From Candidatus Eiseniibacteriota bacterium (lineage in GTDB: Bacteria > Eisenbacteria > RBG-16-71-46): a DNA stretch of 64,000 nucleotides. How positions within the stretch are numbered: position 1 is the stretch's first letter; each line of letters starts with the position of its first letter. The stretch spans positions 160,001 through 224,000 of the forward strand of contig JBGAML010000001.1 of NCBI GenBank assembly GCA_044223005.1, given 5' to 3'. Both the position numbers and the translations under genes were made by a program. The notes under the pieces are model-generated. The model ran no database searches and was not told where the DNA came from. It saw nothing but the letters and a program-made list of their open reading frames with translations. Of the stretch, positions 36,652 to 46,177 are shown piece after piece.

Positions 36652-38445
36652 TCAGGCGACGGCGCGGCGCTCGGCGGGCACTCCGGTGGCGCGGCGCGCC
36701 TCGCGCGTCGCGTCCGGTTCGCCCTCGACGGGCACCTCCGCGACGGCGGGCGCGCCGATCGGCGGGGCCAGCGACGGCCCGCGCGCGGCGGCGCGCTGGC
36801 CGCGGTGGCGGCGCTTGTCCTCGTACATGCGCTCGTCGCCCATCTCCAACAGGCGCGGCAGCACGTCCGCGCCCTCGGGCGTGCCGCGCACCCAACCGAT
36901 CGAGGCCGAGAGCGTCCACGGCAGGTCGCCGACGCCGTTGCGGCCGGCGAGCCGCATCGCGAAGCGCTCGATCGCGGTCTCGGCGCCTTCGCTGCCGGAC
37001 TCGCACGCCAGCACCACGAACTCGTCGCCGCCCATGCGGCCGACGATGTCCGTGTCGCGGAAGCTGGCGCGCAGCAGCCGGGCCAGCTCGACCAGCGCGC
37101 GATCGCCGTTGGCGTGGCCGAACGTGTCGTTGATGGCCTTGAGGCCGTCCAGGTCGACTTCGACCAGCACCACGTGCTGCCCGGCGCGCGCGGCGAGCTT
37201 CAGCTGGTGCTCGGCGAACATCAGGAAGCCGCGCCGGTTGTAGAGCCCCGTCAGTTCGTCGACGTAGGACAGCGTGCGCAGCGTGCGTTCCAGCTGCCGG
37301 CGCTCGGTCACGTCGCGCACGGTCGCGGCGAACAGCCCGATCGCGGACGGATCGCGGATCGGCGCGATCGAGATCTCCGCCGGGAACGTGGACGCGTCCA
37401 GCCGGCGGCCGCTCGTCGCGATCGCCTCGCGCGGCGACGCGAACGCGCCGGCGTCGATCGCGGGCGCCTCGGGGAAGAGCTCGGCGAGCCGGTGGTGCAC
37501 GCAGCGCCGGCCGTCGCAGCCGAACATGCGGCGCGCCGCGGCGTTGCATTCCATCACGCGGCCCATGCCGTCGAGCAGCAGGATGCCGTCGAGCGAGGCT
37601 TCCAGCACGGCCGATTTGCGCGCCTCCGAGAGCCGCAGCCGCCGCTCGGCGCGCTCCTGTTCGTCCACGTGGCGCTCGATCGCCTCGGCCATCGCGTCGA
37701 ACTGCCGGCCGAGCTCGCCCAGCTCGCCGCGCACGTGCGCCAGCCCGGTGCGCGCCGAGAGGTCGCCCGCGCGCAGGCGCGACGTCGCGACGAGCAGCGC
37801 GTCGACGCGGCGCAGCACGGCGACGCTCGCGCCGTACCACGCGAGCGCGGCCACGAGCAGCCCGAGCAGGGCGACGAGTCCCAGGCTCCGCAGCAGCGCC
37901 TGCGTCTCGTGCGCGAACAGCAGGTCCATGTCCATGGACGCGCCCGCCCAGTACGTGACGCCGCCCGCGGTGACCGGCGTGAACGCGGCCACGTGCCGGT
38001 GCCCATCGCCGCCGCGCACCTCCTGCGCCCAGCCCGGCCGCGGCACCGGCGCGAATCCCGCGAGCTGCGAGTCCGGCCCCGGCGCGCTCGCCGGCGGCCG
38101 CGCCACGACCCGGCCCTCGCGATCGAGGATCAGGAACTCGACCCGCTCCCCGGTGCGCGTCCGCGGCTCCAGGCGCACGAGCACGGCGGCGTCGCGGGCC
38201 GCGGACACCGCGAGCGCCAGGGTGCGCTCGGGCGTCGGCGCGGGCGTCGCGCGGGCCAGCAGCCGGTCCGCGTGGGCCGCGACGAGCCGGCTCAGGAGCA
38301 TGGTCTCGGCGCAGACCCGCTCGCGCAGGGCGCGGCGCTGCTCGCGCTCGTTGGCGAGCATGAGCAGCGTCGTGCCGCACACCGCGAGGAACACGATCAG
38401 GAGGAGCCGGGCCCGCAGCCCGGAGGGAAACCAGCGACTCGGCAC
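36652..38445 (-). CDS. Membrane diguanylate cyclase (sensor domain-HAMP-PAS-GGDEF)
   Basis: Two TMs, HAMP (GDLSAR...ELGELGRQFDAMA), PAS, DELTGLYNRR, INDTFGH, RDTD I-site, RMGGDEF. Start is approximate. Confidence 0.88.
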   Translation of the reverse strand: MPSRWFPSGLRARLLLIVFLAVCGTTLLMLANEREQRRALRERVCAETMLLSRLVAAHADRLLARATPAPTPERTLALAVSAARDAAVLVRLEPRTRTGERVEFLILDREGRVVARPPASAPGPDSQLAGFAPVPRPGWAQEVRGGDGHRHVAAFTPVTAGGVTYWAGASMDMDLLFAHETQALLRSLGLVALLGLLVAALAWYGASVAVLRRVDALLVATSRLRAGDLSARTGLAHVRGELGELGRQFDAMAEAIERHVDEQERAERRLRLSEARKSAVLEASLDGILLLDGMGRVMECNAAARRMFGCDGRRCVHHRLAELFPEAPAIDAGAFASPREAIATSGRRLDASTFPAEISIAPIRDPSAIGLFAATVRDVTERRQLERTLRTLSYVDELTGLYNRRGFLMFAEHQLKLAARAGQHVVLVEVDLDGLKAINDTFGHANGDRALVELARLLRASFRDTDIVGRMGGDEFVVLACESGSEGAETAIERFAMRLAGRNGVGDLPWTLSASIGWVRGTPEGADVLPRLLEMGDERMYEDKRRHRGQRAAARGPSLAPPIGAPAVAEVPVEGEPDATREARRATGVPAERRAVA

Positions 38446-38688
38446 GGTGATCCACCCGCGCAATGCCGCGCCGCGGCACGCCGACCCTGGCGTGTCGGGA
38501 CCGGCGCGGCCGCCGATCCGTATGCGACAGGAGCGCTCCCAACCGCTCCACCGGACGGTGTCGGCCGCCATCGCGCGCGGCTTCAGGGAATTCCGGCGAT
38601 GCCGTCGCCATTGACCGCCACGGGGGCGGTGACTACCGTCCGGCCGATCGCGCGTCCTTCCACGCACTTCCCCTCTTCGGGAGCCCGC

Positions 38689-40545
38689 ATGTCCGAGACG
38701 ATCCGCATCGCCAACGCCGGCGGTTACTGGGGCGACGACCTGGCGCAGTTCCGCCGCCAGGTCGAGTTGGGCGCCACCGACTTCGTGACGCTCGACTTCC
38801 TGGCCGAGATCACGATGTCGATCATGCAGAAACAGCGCTCGCGCGACCCGAAGGCCGGCTACGCGCGCGACTTCGTGGCGCAGGTCGAGGAAACGCTGGA
38901 CGCGCTGCTCGCGAAGAACGTGCGCGTCATCACCAACGCCGGCGGCGTGAACCCGGCCGCGTGCCGCGACGCGCTGCTCGCGATGGCGGCGAAACGCGGC
39001 GTCGAACTGGACGTCGCCGCCGTGCTCGGCGACGACCTCATGGACCGCATCGGCGAGCTGAACGCCGCGGGCGCGCCGCTCGACAACATGGAGGACGGCG
39101 CGGCGTTCACCGGCGTGCGCGAGCGCGTGAGCAGCGCGAACGCCTACTACGGCGCGTGGCCCGTGGTGGAGGCGCTCGCGACCGGCGCGCGCATCGTGGT
39201 GACGGGCCGCTGCACCGACACGGGCATCACGCTGGCGCCGATGATCCACGCGTTCGGCTGGGCGCCCGACGACTGGGACCGGCTCGCGGCCGGCATCGTC
39301 GCGGGACACATCGTCGAGTGCGGCGCGCAGTCCACCGGCGGCAACTTCACCGACTGGCGGCGCGTGCCGAAGTTCGAAACGATCGGCTACCCCGTGATCG
39401 AGGTCTCCCCCGACGGCTCGTTCGTCGTGACCAAGCACGCGGGCACCGGCGGCGCGGTCACCGTGCGCACCGTGAAGGAGCAGCTCGTCTACGAGATGGG
39501 CGACCCGCGCGGCTACATCACACCCGACGTGATCGCCGACTTCGGCACGATCCGGCTCGAGCAGGCCGGGCGCGACCGCGTGCGCGTGTGGGGCGTGAAG
39601 GGCCGGCCGGCGCCGGGCTCGCTCAAGGTCAGCGCCGCGTACGCCGACGGCTGGAAGGCCTCGGGCACGCTCATCATCTCGGCGCCCGACGCGGCCGCCA
39701 AGGCGCGCGAGTTCGCGCGGCTCTTCTGGAAGCGGCTCGGGCTTTCGTTCGCGGCGACGCACACCGAGCTCGTGGGACACTCGGCGTGCTGGGGCCCGCT
39801 CGCGCCCGAGGTCGACGCGCCCGAAGTGCTGCTGCGGCTCTCGGTGCGCGACCACGACCGCGCGAAGATCGAGGCGTTCGGCAAGCTGGTGCCCGCGGTG
39901 ATCCTTTCCGGCCCTCCCGGCGTCGCCGTCACCGGCGGCCGGCCGCAGCCGCAGGAAGTGGTCGCGTACTGGCCGGCGCTGGTGCCGCGCGACCTCGTGA
40001 AGCCGCGCCTGCTGACGCGCGACGGCGAGCAGGCGCTCGAGTGGCCGACGCCGCTGCGCGAGATCGGCCGCCCCGCGGCGCTGCCGAAGCACGAGTTCCC
40101 GAAGGCGAAGGGCGCCGCGGGCAGCGTGCGCGTGAAGCTCTCGGCGCTCGCGCACGCGCGCAGCGGCGACAAGGGCGACACCGCGAACATCGGCGTCATC
40201 GCGCGCTCGCCCGAGGTCTACCCGTGGCTCGCGAAGACGCTCACGGCCGCCGTGGTGAAGAAGCGCTTCAAGGGCATCTGCCTCGGCAAGGTCGAGCGCC
40301 ACGAGGTGCCGAACCTGGGCGCGCTCAACTTCCTGCTGCACGAATCGCTGGGCGGCGGCGGCACCGTGAGCCTGCGGCTCGACGCGCAGGGCAAGACGCT
40401 CTCGCACGCGCTGCTCGCCATGGAGGTGAACGCGCCGAAGACACTGCTCGCCGCCGCGAAGCGCGGCGACGCGGCCGACGGCGTGCCGCCAAAGCGCGCG
40501 GCCGCGCCGAAACGCCCCGCGAAGCGCCCGGCGCGCAAGCGCTGA
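38689..40545 (+). CDS. Acyclic terpene utilization AtuA family protein (DUF1446 plus C-terminal domain)
   Basis: IRIANAGGYWGD, DFLAEITM, GHIVECGAQSTGGNF, EQLVYE, AHARSGDKGD, DAQGK. Confidence 0.9.
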   Translation: MSETIRIANAGGYWGDDLAQFRRQVELGATDFVTLDFLAEITMSIMQKQRSRDPKAGYARDFVAQVEETLDALLAKNVRVITNAGGVNPAACRDALLAMAAKRGVELDVAAVLGDDLMDRIGELNAAGAPLDNMEDGAAFTGVRERVSSANAYYGAWPVVEALATGARIVVTGRCTDTGITLAPMIHAFGWAPDDWDRLAAGIVAGHIVECGAQSTGGNFTDWRRVPKFETIGYPVIEVSPDGSFVVTKHAGTGGAVTVRTVKEQLVYEMGDPRGYITPDVIADFGTIRLEQAGRDRVRVWGVKGRPAPGSLKVSAAYADGWKASGTLIISAPDAAAKAREFARLFWKRLGLSFAATHTELVGHSACWGPLAPEVDAPEVLLRLSVRDHDRAKIEAFGKLVPAVILSGPPGVAVTGGRPQPQEVVAYWPALVPRDLVKPRLLTRDGEQALEWPTPLREIGRPAALPKHEFPKAKGAAGSVRVKLSALAHARSGDKGDTANIGVIARSPEVYPWLAKTLTAAVVKKRFKGICLGKVERHEVPNLGALNFLLHESLGGGGTVSLRLDAQGKTLSHALLAMEVNAPKTLLAAAKRGDAADGVPPKRAAAPKRPAKRPARKR

Positions 40546-40562
40546 CGCGGGCGCGCGACACG

Positions 40563-40595
40563 CGAACGGCCGGCCCGATGCGGGCCGGCCGTTCG
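40563..40595. terminator. Hairpin between convergent units
   Basis: CGAACGGCCGGCCCG-atg-CGGGCCGGCCGTTCG. Confidence 0.7.
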
Positions 40596-40619
40596 TGCGT
40601 TCGCGGGACGCCGAAGACG

Positions 40620-40830
40620 CTAGCGGTACATCGCCTTCAGCGCGCCCCAGGTGTGCTCGAGCGTGGGCACCGGCTGGTTGCGGCGGTTGAGCGTCACCGT
40701 GGACTGCGGGCCCTGCGTGTAGTCCTCGACCTGCGGCGCAGGTGCGGGCTCGCTCGCCCACACACCCTGCAGGTTCAGCTGCGCGCCCGCGTTGCAGCCC
40801 GTGCAGGCGCCGGCGCCGAGCGACTTCGTG
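40620..40830 (-). pseudogene. Probable C-terminal remnant of a secreted TWG-tail protein
   Basis: TKSLGAGACTGC...PVPTLEHTWGALKAMYR-stop looks coding; the upstream part of the 117-aa ORF has no signal peptide and looks non-coding. Confidence 0.5.
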
Positions 40831-40979
40831 CGGTGTTCCTTTCGATTCCCCGGCCTGCACTGGTCTGTTGGGGGACGAATCGGACCCGGCGGCCCGTCGC
40901 CGGCAGCGTAGGCCGGTTTCCGGCAGCGGGACAGCGCTCGTGTGCGCGGGGTCGGCATCACGTTGTGCCGCAACGCACG

Positions 40980-41010
40980 ACGGCCGCGCCCCCGACGGGA
41001 GCGCGGCCGT
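40980..41010 (-). terminator. Hairpin downstream of the 41037-41792 gene
   Basis: ACGGCCGCGC...GCGCGGCCGT inverted repeat. Confidence 0.55.
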
Positions 41011-41036
41011 TCACAGGCCGATCGGAGACGCGGACG

Positions 41037-41792
41037 CTACCGGTAGAGCGCCTTCAGGCTGCCCCACGTCGTGCCGCGCGTCGCGACGGGCGCGTCGGTC
41101 GTGAGGAGCAGGTCGTCGAAGTACGTGAAGGTGTTCGAGATGTCGGCGCGGAAGTTGTAGACGCCCACGAACCCGGTCATGAGCGGGCTCGCCGTGTCGA
41201 CGATCGGTCCGCCGCTCGTCAGCTCCGTCGTGTCGAACCACAGCCGGAACTGGTTCGCGGTCGCTTGCACCTTGAGCTTGTGCCACGTGTTCGCCTGCGG
41301 CACGCCGCCGGGGATGTTCGGCCCGATCCAGCTCGCGAGCGACGTCGGCACCTGGCCGATCAGCTTGCGGAAGACGAGCTGGCCGTTGCCGGAGTAGAGC
41401 ACGAACTGGTAGCAGCTCTTGAAATTGCTGCTCGCGTCGGCGCGCAGCACGAGACCGCGGCGCGAGCTGCCGTCGCCGGTGAAGAACCAGCCTTCCCACG
41501 TGTAGTCGTACTGGCCCTGCGGATCCACGCACGAGAGCGCGATGCCGCCGCTGTCGATCGTGGCGCTCACGAGCTGGCCGACCGTGTGGTCGCCGGACGG
41601 GTTCGCGTACGCGGCATCGGACGCGTCGAGCGTCTTGCCGATGAGCATGCGGTTGGTGTCGAAGCCGGGCAGCCACGTGAGCTGGGTGTCGCCACCGTTC
41701 ACATGTTCTTCCTCGACCGTGTACGCGGCCGCGGGAATCGCGGCCAGGAGCGCGAGCAGCGCGGCCAGTGTGAACGTTCTCGCCAGGTTCAT
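41037..41792 (-). CDS. Secreted concanavalin-A/DUF1080-like beta-sandwich protein with TWGSLKALYR tail
   Basis: Signal peptide MNLARTFTLAALLALLAAIPAAA; GLVLR, WHKLKV, GFVGVY, YFDDL; ends PVATRGTTWGSLKALYR. Confidence 0.75.
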   Translation of the reverse strand: MNLARTFTLAALLALLAAIPAAAYTVEEEHVNGGDTQLTWLPGFDTNRMLIGKTLDASDAAYANPSGDHTVGQLVSATIDSGGIALSCVDPQGQYDYTWEGWFFTGDGSSRRGLVLRADASSNFKSCYQFVLYSGNGQLVFRKLIGQVPTSLASWIGPNIPGGVPQANTWHKLKVQATANQFRLWFDTTELTSGGPIVDTASPLMTGFVGVYNFRADISNTFTYFDDLLLTTDAPVATRGTTWGSLKALYR

Positions 41793-41842
41793 GGGGAAGA
41801 TCCTCCGTCGTCGGGGTCGCAGCGCAGGATGGGGCGGAGCGA

Positions 41843-43819
41843 TCATCGTGCGAGCACGATGCGCACGGCGCCTTCCGGATCGGTGTCGCTCAGGCGGGCG
41901 AGATAGACGCCCGCGGGAACGCGGCGGCCGCCGTCGTCGCGCCCGTCCCACTGCACCGGGACGGCATTCGACATCGGCAGCGACGCCACGCGCCGGCCGT
42001 CGATCGAGTAGACCTCGACGCGACGGGCCGGATTCGGTTCGAGCGCCGCGGAGAACGTCACGCGCGCGGCGCCGAAAACGGGATTGGGAGCCGCGCGCAG
42101 CGCGCGCGGGCTCGCGAGGTGCGTGGGCGCGGGCGCGGCGAGCACGCTCGCCGCCGGCTTCACCTCGAGGTAGGCGATCCGGCGCAGCACGTTGATCGGC
42201 GTCGCACCGCGATCGCCGATCAGGACGCAGCCGGACTGGTTGGTGGCCGAGGCCTGGAACAGCAGGTGGAGCCGGCCGCCGGGATTGCGCGTCGCGAGCG
42301 AGAAGAAGCGCTCGTCGGTGTTCGGCGTGTTGGTCAAGTCCTGCGCCGCGGACCACGGCTGGCCCGTGCGGCCGACGCTGCACGCGATGTCGCCGAACCC
42401 GAGCCCCGTGCAGATGCCGGGGTAGCCGCCGTCGGCGGTCGGGTCGATCTCGGCGTCGGTGTAGCGCAGCCACGCCACGTAGGTCTCCGAGCCGTCCGGC
42501 GAGAAGCCGACCTGCGGCCAGTCCACGGAGATGGTGTTGAATCCGGCGAGCGGGCCGTTGAGGCCGTTGTCGATGTCGTCGAAGTGGTCGGCGACGCCTG
42601 CCGGGACCTGGTACACGGTCTCGACGCCGCGGTTCGGGCTCCAGTGCTCGATGCGGCTGAGGTGGTCGTAGTACGTGACCGTGGTGCCGTTCCTGCGCGC
42701 CTGCAGTTCGCTCCACACGACGTGCGGCGTGGTGTCGGCGTACGCGAGGTGGCAGTGGATGTAGGCGCGGTACTGCGTCGAGAGCGAATCGCCGCGCACG
42801 ATCTGCGCGTCCGTGTAGTTGGTGAGGTTGCGGATCGTCACGGTGTTGGCCGCGAACGTCCCGTTGGCCGACTCGATCAGGTACATGCTGCCGCCGTAGT
42901 CCCCCACCGCGATGCCGACGCGGCCGTCGGAGGCCGCGGCCATGCACGGGTACGCGGGCCGGCCGTCGCGGAACAGCGAGGCGGGCACGACACCCGGGAT
43001 CAGGTTGAGCCACGCCTGCCCCTGCCAGTTGAAGCACGTGTACGGCGTGCCGGTGGTCGGGAACCAGCTCGTGCCGATCTGGACCGTCTCGTCGTAGAGC
43101 CCCGCGACCGGCACCTCGCCCAGCAGCGACACGCCGCCGCCGGGCGTGATCGCCGCCTGCGGGAAGAGAAAGCTGTTGCCGCCGGCGATGGGCGCGAGGT
43201 GGTCCATCCATGTGGACGTCCCGGCGCCGCTCTCGAGGAAGAAGTCGCCGTGCAGGTCGCAGCCATCTTCGTTCAGGTGCTGCGCGACGATCGCGCGGCC
43301 CGAGGGCGCGAGCGCCAGCGAACCGAGCCCGCCGAACATCTCGGCGGCGCTGCAGCACGGGTGCGACGCGGTCGCCGGGTCGGCGACCTTGCCGAGGTCG
43401 TGCCAGGTGCCCTGCGCGTCGCGGTACGCGTACGCCATGCCACGCTGCGGATAGGGCTGCACCGCATTCAGGTTGGGCGGGCAGCTGCCGGCCGCCTCGC
43501 AGAGGTCGTCCATCCACGTCGCGTGGACGCGGCCGTCGTCGCCCACCTCGATGTGGTGGCCGAGCGACCCCATGTCCTGCAGGTCGTACCACGTCGAATC
43601 GATCGCGACCGCGCCGGCCGGCAGCCCCACGGGCGACACGGTGACGGCGGCCGCCGCCGCCGGCGCGACGACGCGGAGCGTGGCGCGCGGTCCGGGGGCG
43701 AGCGGGTCGAGCAGGATGCGGCCTTCGGGGTTCGGGCGCGTGCGCGCCGAGGCGGCGGGCACGAGAAGCAGCAGTGCGAGGAGTGCGAGCGTGCGCGGAT
43801 GGAGGCGCATGGGGGTCAT
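41843..43819 (-). CDS. Secreted Cys-containing beta-rich protein with C-terminal FlgD-Ig-like domain
   Basis: ATGA overlap with the TonB receptor stop (alternative ATG at 43810); signal peptide; C-terminus AAPNPV...VYSIDGRRV...WDGRDDGGRRVPAGVYLARL. Confidence 0.8.
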   Translation of the reverse strand: MTPMRLHPRTLALLALLLLVPAASARTRPNPEGRILLDPLAPGPRATLRVVAPAAAAAVTVSPVGLPAGAVAIDSTWYDLQDMGSLGHHIEVGDDGRVHATWMDDLCEAAGSCPPNLNAVQPYPQRGMAYAYRDAQGTWHDLGKVADPATASHPCCSAAEMFGGLGSLALAPSGRAIVAQHLNEDGCDLHGDFFLESGAGTSTWMDHLAPIAGGNSFLFPQAAITPGGGVSLLGEVPVAGLYDETVQIGTSWFPTTGTPYTCFNWQGQAWLNLIPGVVPASLFRDGRPAYPCMAAASDGRVGIAVGDYGGSMYLIESANGTFAANTVTIRNLTNYTDAQIVRGDSLSTQYRAYIHCHLAYADTTPHVVWSELQARRNGTTVTYYDHLSRIEHWSPNRGVETVYQVPAGVADHFDDIDNGLNGPLAGFNTISVDWPQVGFSPDGSETYVAWLRYTDAEIDPTADGGYPGICTGLGFGDIACSVGRTGQPWSAAQDLTNTPNTDERFFSLATRNPGGRLHLLFQASATNQSGCVLIGDRGATPINVLRRIAYLEVKPAASVLAAPAPTHLASPRALRAAPNPVFGAARVTFSAALEPNPARRVEVYSIDGRRVASLPMSNAVPVQWDGRDDGGRRVPAGVYLARLSDTDPEGAVRIVLAR

Positions 43820-45924
43820 TCCTTATGGGACACGAACCACGGCGGCGTCAGGTCGCGGCGCATGGCCAGCGACCAAGTCCGCCCCGGTTCGAGAACGAAG
43901 CTGAGGTGTTCGCGGTACGACTCGTTGGTGAGGTTCCGGACGGCGAATGCGATCCGCGTTCCGCCGACCACGCACGTCGCCTCGGCCGAACCGAGCCAGA
44001 ACGCCGGCCCGGCGAGGTCCTGCTCCTTCTCGGCGAAGGTCGCGTCGTTCCAGCGCGCGCGCAGCGTGATCGTGCCGTTGGGGAGCACGCGGCGGACGGG
44101 CACGCGGAAGTCCATGGTCACGTGGCCCGAGCCGACGTCGTTGAGCCGCGCGCCGGTCGCGACGTCGCGGCCGCGCGGCAGGGATCCCGACGCCACGACC
44201 TGCAGGCCGCCGAGCCGCACGTCCGCCTGCAGCTCCGCACCTTCGAGGCGCGCGCGGCGGACGTTGCGGTACTGGAAGCGCGGCACGCCGTAGAGCATGT
44301 CGACGTACTGGATCGAGATCATGTCGTCGACGTCGGAGCGGTACACGGAGACGCGCGCCGACTGGACGTGGCCGCCGAGCATCTCGCCGAACCGCAGGCC
44401 GCCCTCGGACGTGAACGAGCGCTCCGCCACCAGGTCGGGATTGCCGAACACGTGCATGCCGCCGTGGACGTCGTCGTTGAAGTAGCGCTCCTCAAGGTTC
44501 GGGGCGCGGAAGCCGGTGCCGGCGTGCACGTACGGCTCGACCGGCCCGAACGCGCGCGAGAGCCCGCCGTCCACGCTCGGACGCTGGTTCGTGACGTCGA
44601 GCGCCGACGTGAAGCTCATGGGCGTGGAGTCCGCGACGGCGTGCTGGTGGTCCCAGCGCGCACCGGTCTCCCAGCGCACGGACCTCAGCCGGCCGCCGAG
44701 CGTCGCGCCGGCCGCGAGCACCGTGCGCCGCGCGGGCGGCATGCTCTCGCCGGTCCGGACACTGGTCGCGGTGGTCGCGCCGGAGGTGTTGGTCGTGACG
44801 TTGGTCGTGACCCGCGAACCGCCGGTCGTCTCGTAGCGGTACTCGCCGAACACGCGCAGCGGTCCGCGCCGCAGGCTCGGCTGCAGCGAGCGCGACCACG
44901 TGGTGATGCGGTCGGCGGCGTCGTTGCTCTGGAAGCCGCGCAGCACGCGGCGCACGAACAGGCTGTCGACGGAGATCTCGTCGTAGCGTGTGAGGAAGCG
45001 CTGCTGCACCGCGAGCAGCCGGAACTCGGGGCGCCAGCCGCTCTCGGGCGTCGAGAGCTCGAGCCGGTCGGCGTCGCGCGACTGCAGCGGGTACTCCGCG
45101 CTGCCGCCGGCGGCGGTGGCGAAGCCGGGCAGGCCGATGTCGAACGCGGCGTGACGCGTGTGCTCGTAGTCGGCGGTGAGCGCGCGCCACTGCAGCGCGC
45201 CGCGGCCGTTCACGTCGAGTTCGTGGTGACCGCTCTGGGGCACGGCGCCGTACGGGGTCACCACCTCGCGCAGGCGGTCGCCGCCCACGCCCAGCTCGGC
45301 GCCCCAGCGCGGATGCAGCACGCGCAGCCGCGCGTGCGCGCTGCCGCCGTCGCCCGGGTCCGTCACGCGCCCGACGAGCGAGAGCGTCGCGGTGGGATCG
45401 GAGGCAAACAGGCTGCGGTGCGTGACGAGGTTGACCACCGCGCCGAGCGCGTCGGAACCGAACTGCGCGCTGCCGCCGCCGGGCAGCAGCTCGAACGACT
45501 CGAGCTGGTCGACGGAGACGAGCGACGTCTGCGCCCCGTGCCCGCGCCCGGTCTGGAGCCGCACGCCGTCCACCATGACGAGCACGCGCTCGCCGGAAAG
45601 ACCGCGCACCGAGACGCGCGAATCCCATGCCCCCGTCTTGACGATGTCGAGCCCCGGCGCGGCCTGCAGCGCGTCGCCGGTCGTGGCCGGCTGGAAGCGC
45701 ACCAGCTTGGAGCGGTCGAGGCGGACCGCGGTGGCCGTGGTCCGCTCGGGGGAAACCGATCGCTGCGCATCCACCTGCACGGGCTTGAGCACCGTGATGG
45801 TGTCCGCCACACCACGCGTTCGGACCCGCAGGCTGTCGGGCTCCTGGGCCGCCGCCCCTTGCACGCCCGCGGCCACCGCGAGCGTCGCGGCGAGAAGGCG
45901 GGCGGATGCGGGATGGAGTCGCAT
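43816..45924 (-). CDS. TonB-dependent outer membrane receptor
   Basis: Signal peptide; plug VSVRGLSGERVLVMVDGV...GSAQFGSDALGAVVNLVT; FRAP...NPDL; NLTNESY...PGRT. Confidence 0.92.
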   Translation of the reverse strand: MRLHPASARLLAATLAVAAGVQGAAAQEPDSLRVRTRGVADTITVLKPVQVDAQRSVSPERTTATAVRLDRSKLVRFQPATTGDALQAAPGLDIVKTGAWDSRVSVRGLSGERVLVMVDGVRLQTGRGHGAQTSLVSVDQLESFELLPGGGSAQFGSDALGAVVNLVTHRSLFASDPTATLSLVGRVTDPGDGGSAHARLRVLHPRWGAELGVGGDRLREVVTPYGAVPQSGHHELDVNGRGALQWRALTADYEHTRHAAFDIGLPGFATAAGGSAEYPLQSRDADRLELSTPESGWRPEFRLLAVQQRFLTRYDEISVDSLFVRRVLRGFQSNDAADRITTWSRSLQPSLRRGPLRVFGEYRYETTGGSRVTTNVTTNTSGATTATSVRTGESMPPARRTVLAAGATLGGRLRSVRWETGARWDHQHAVADSTPMSFTSALDVTNQRPSVDGGLSRAFGPVEPYVHAGTGFRAPNLEERYFNDDVHGGMHVFGNPDLVAERSFTSEGGLRFGEMLGGHVQSARVSVYRSDVDDMISIQYVDMLYGVPRFQYRNVRRARLEGAELQADVRLGGLQVVASGSLPRGRDVATGARLNDVGSGHVTMDFRVPVRRVLPNGTITLRARWNDATFAEKEQDLAGPAFWLGSAEATCVVGGTRIAFAVRNLTNESYREHLSFVLEPGRTWSLAMRRDLTPPWFVSHKE

Positions 45925-46177
45925 GGCGAGTCGAATATCGGTCCCGCCGTGCGCGGTTCACCATTCGGAGTTTCGCTGAAATTTCACTCCGTACGGATAC
46001 GGAGGGACGTTGGTAGCAGTCCGCGGAGGCGACCGGGAGGAATCACCGGGAATTCCACGCGTGCGCTTCCGCGCGCCGCACCACTGCCGCGATTCGCCTC
46101 GCATCTGGACCCGGCGCGGCGCCCGAACGGGCGGCGCCGCAGGCCGTGCGCACGCCTTCGCCGTCGCGCCCGAACGA

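Noticed and set aside
36652..40860. 1402-aa ORF as a giant GGDEF fusion
   Set aside because: Only the last ~597 codons are a coherent diguanylate cyclase; the rest is the antisense shadow of atuA.
41037..43592. 851-aa ORF as one protein
   Set aside because: Its upstream part is an alternative frame of the 41843-43819 gene; the real protein starts at 41792 with a signal peptide.
43796..45924. TonB receptor and the next protein both contain MRLHP at the N-terminus
   Set aside because: Only five residues in signal-peptide n-regions; likely coincidence.
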